Notes under the pieces: generated by a model
Told to the model about the DNA's origin: nothing
Databases searched by the model: none
The model's input: the letters and a program-made list of their open reading frames with translations, nothing else
Assembly (NCBI RefSeq): GCF_006345805.1
Contig: NC_042999.1
Location: 24,924,001 to 24,988,000 of the forward strand
Direction of reading: 5' to 3'
Length of the DNA stretch: 64,000 bases
Origin: Octopus sinensis
Taxonomy: Eukaryota
Position numbers and translations under genes: made by a program
Shown here: one piece after another, positions 63,130-64,000 of the stretch
Position numbering within the stretch: the stretch's first letter is position 1
How the letters are laid out: every line of letters starts with the position of its first letter

Positions 63130-63231
63130 GTCACCGTGACCTCAGGTCATCACCATGGATTGACCAATCAGAAGCAGCGTTGTCACCGTGACCTCGGGTC
63201 ATCACCATGGATTGACCAATCAGAAGCAGCG
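63130..63231. repeat. 52-bp tandem duplication containing CCAAT boxes
   Basis: gtcaccgtgacctc(a/g)ggtcatcaccatggattgaccaatcagaagcagcg, 2 copies. Confidence 0.92.
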
Positions 63232-63924
63232 CTCGCAGTATCTGACATATGTTAGATACCAAAAATATCTCAAAGTGTTCTCACTCACATGTGTGTAATA
63301 AATAATGTTCTCCAATGCTTTGTTTAGAGTGTAAAGACAAACTCTGTGTGTGTGTATATATATATAAAGTTATGGTTTGTGTTTTACATTTGAAATTGGC
63401 CATTACAGATTTAACCCAGTTTTTCTGATGAATATTTCTGTTTCCATTACCTGCTGGAAAACCATTTTGCATCACTCTCCATTCCTGACCACAAGGATTT
63501 GTTTCCATTTCATCTCATCCTGCCTGAATAAAATCACTTTTCAAAGAAACTTACATTAGCAGGACGTAAAATTCAACATATTAAGAACTGGGTAAAACTT
63601 GTAAATATATTCTTCATTAAAGGATGCAAAAGAGATGAGCTTGTGATAGCAACTTGTTAATAAACACTTGAATTCCACAGTTTTTCATTTATCATCATTG
63701 TTGCTGTTGTCTTCCATTTTCTGTCCACTTTTCATGCTGGCAATGAAAGTGAACAGGCTGTTCTAATCAGTGATCACTGGATCACATTGTGTGCATACGT
63801 TCCAGTTTTGGCTTTTTTTTATCTATGACTTGATGCTCATCCTGTAATCAACCACTTTACAGAATGTACTGGGTGCACTTTATTGTAACACCAGCAGTAG
63901 AGGGTAAATAAATATATATATATA

Positions 63925-64000
63925 TCATGTGACCGACCAGACCATCAGATGTTGTTACACATTGCTGGTCACAATGCGTTCGCATTGTTTTAGCCTTCGA
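63925..64000 (-). mobile_element. tRNA-derived SINE (tail type 1), runs off the window
   Basis: Reverse complement of the 57066 tail. Confidence 0.8.

Overview
AT-rich, repeat-dense animal genomic DNA, most likely a cephalopod such as Octopus (inferred from the tRNA-derived SINE and RTE families, not proven). Two spliced genes lie head-to-head. On the plus strand is a complete NOL6/Utp22 (Nrap) gene: 23 coding exons from 22495 to 62944, 3357 nt, 1118 aa, reconstructed by hand with consistent exon phases. It has a GC-AG intron and an unusual GAG acceptor. On the minus strand is a POLR1D/RPAC2 (AC19)-like RNA polymerase I/III subunit gene. Two upstream exons encoding a CARD death-fold domain splice in frame onto it, giving a putative CARD-AC19 fusion of at least 191 aa, and there is a candidate CARD-less alternative first exon. 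The introns hold 5'-truncated RTE LINEs, several tRNA-SINE families, hAT-, piggyBac- and Merlin-like MITEs, a nested Tc1/mariner relic and AT-rich foldback elements. One foldback carries an intact minimal type I hammerhead ribozyme antisense to NOL6, while its sense-strand twin is mutated. Long inverted repeats enclose one AC19 exon and make up most of the NOL6 3'UTR. Almost all ORFs in the supplied track are repeat-derived artefacts.
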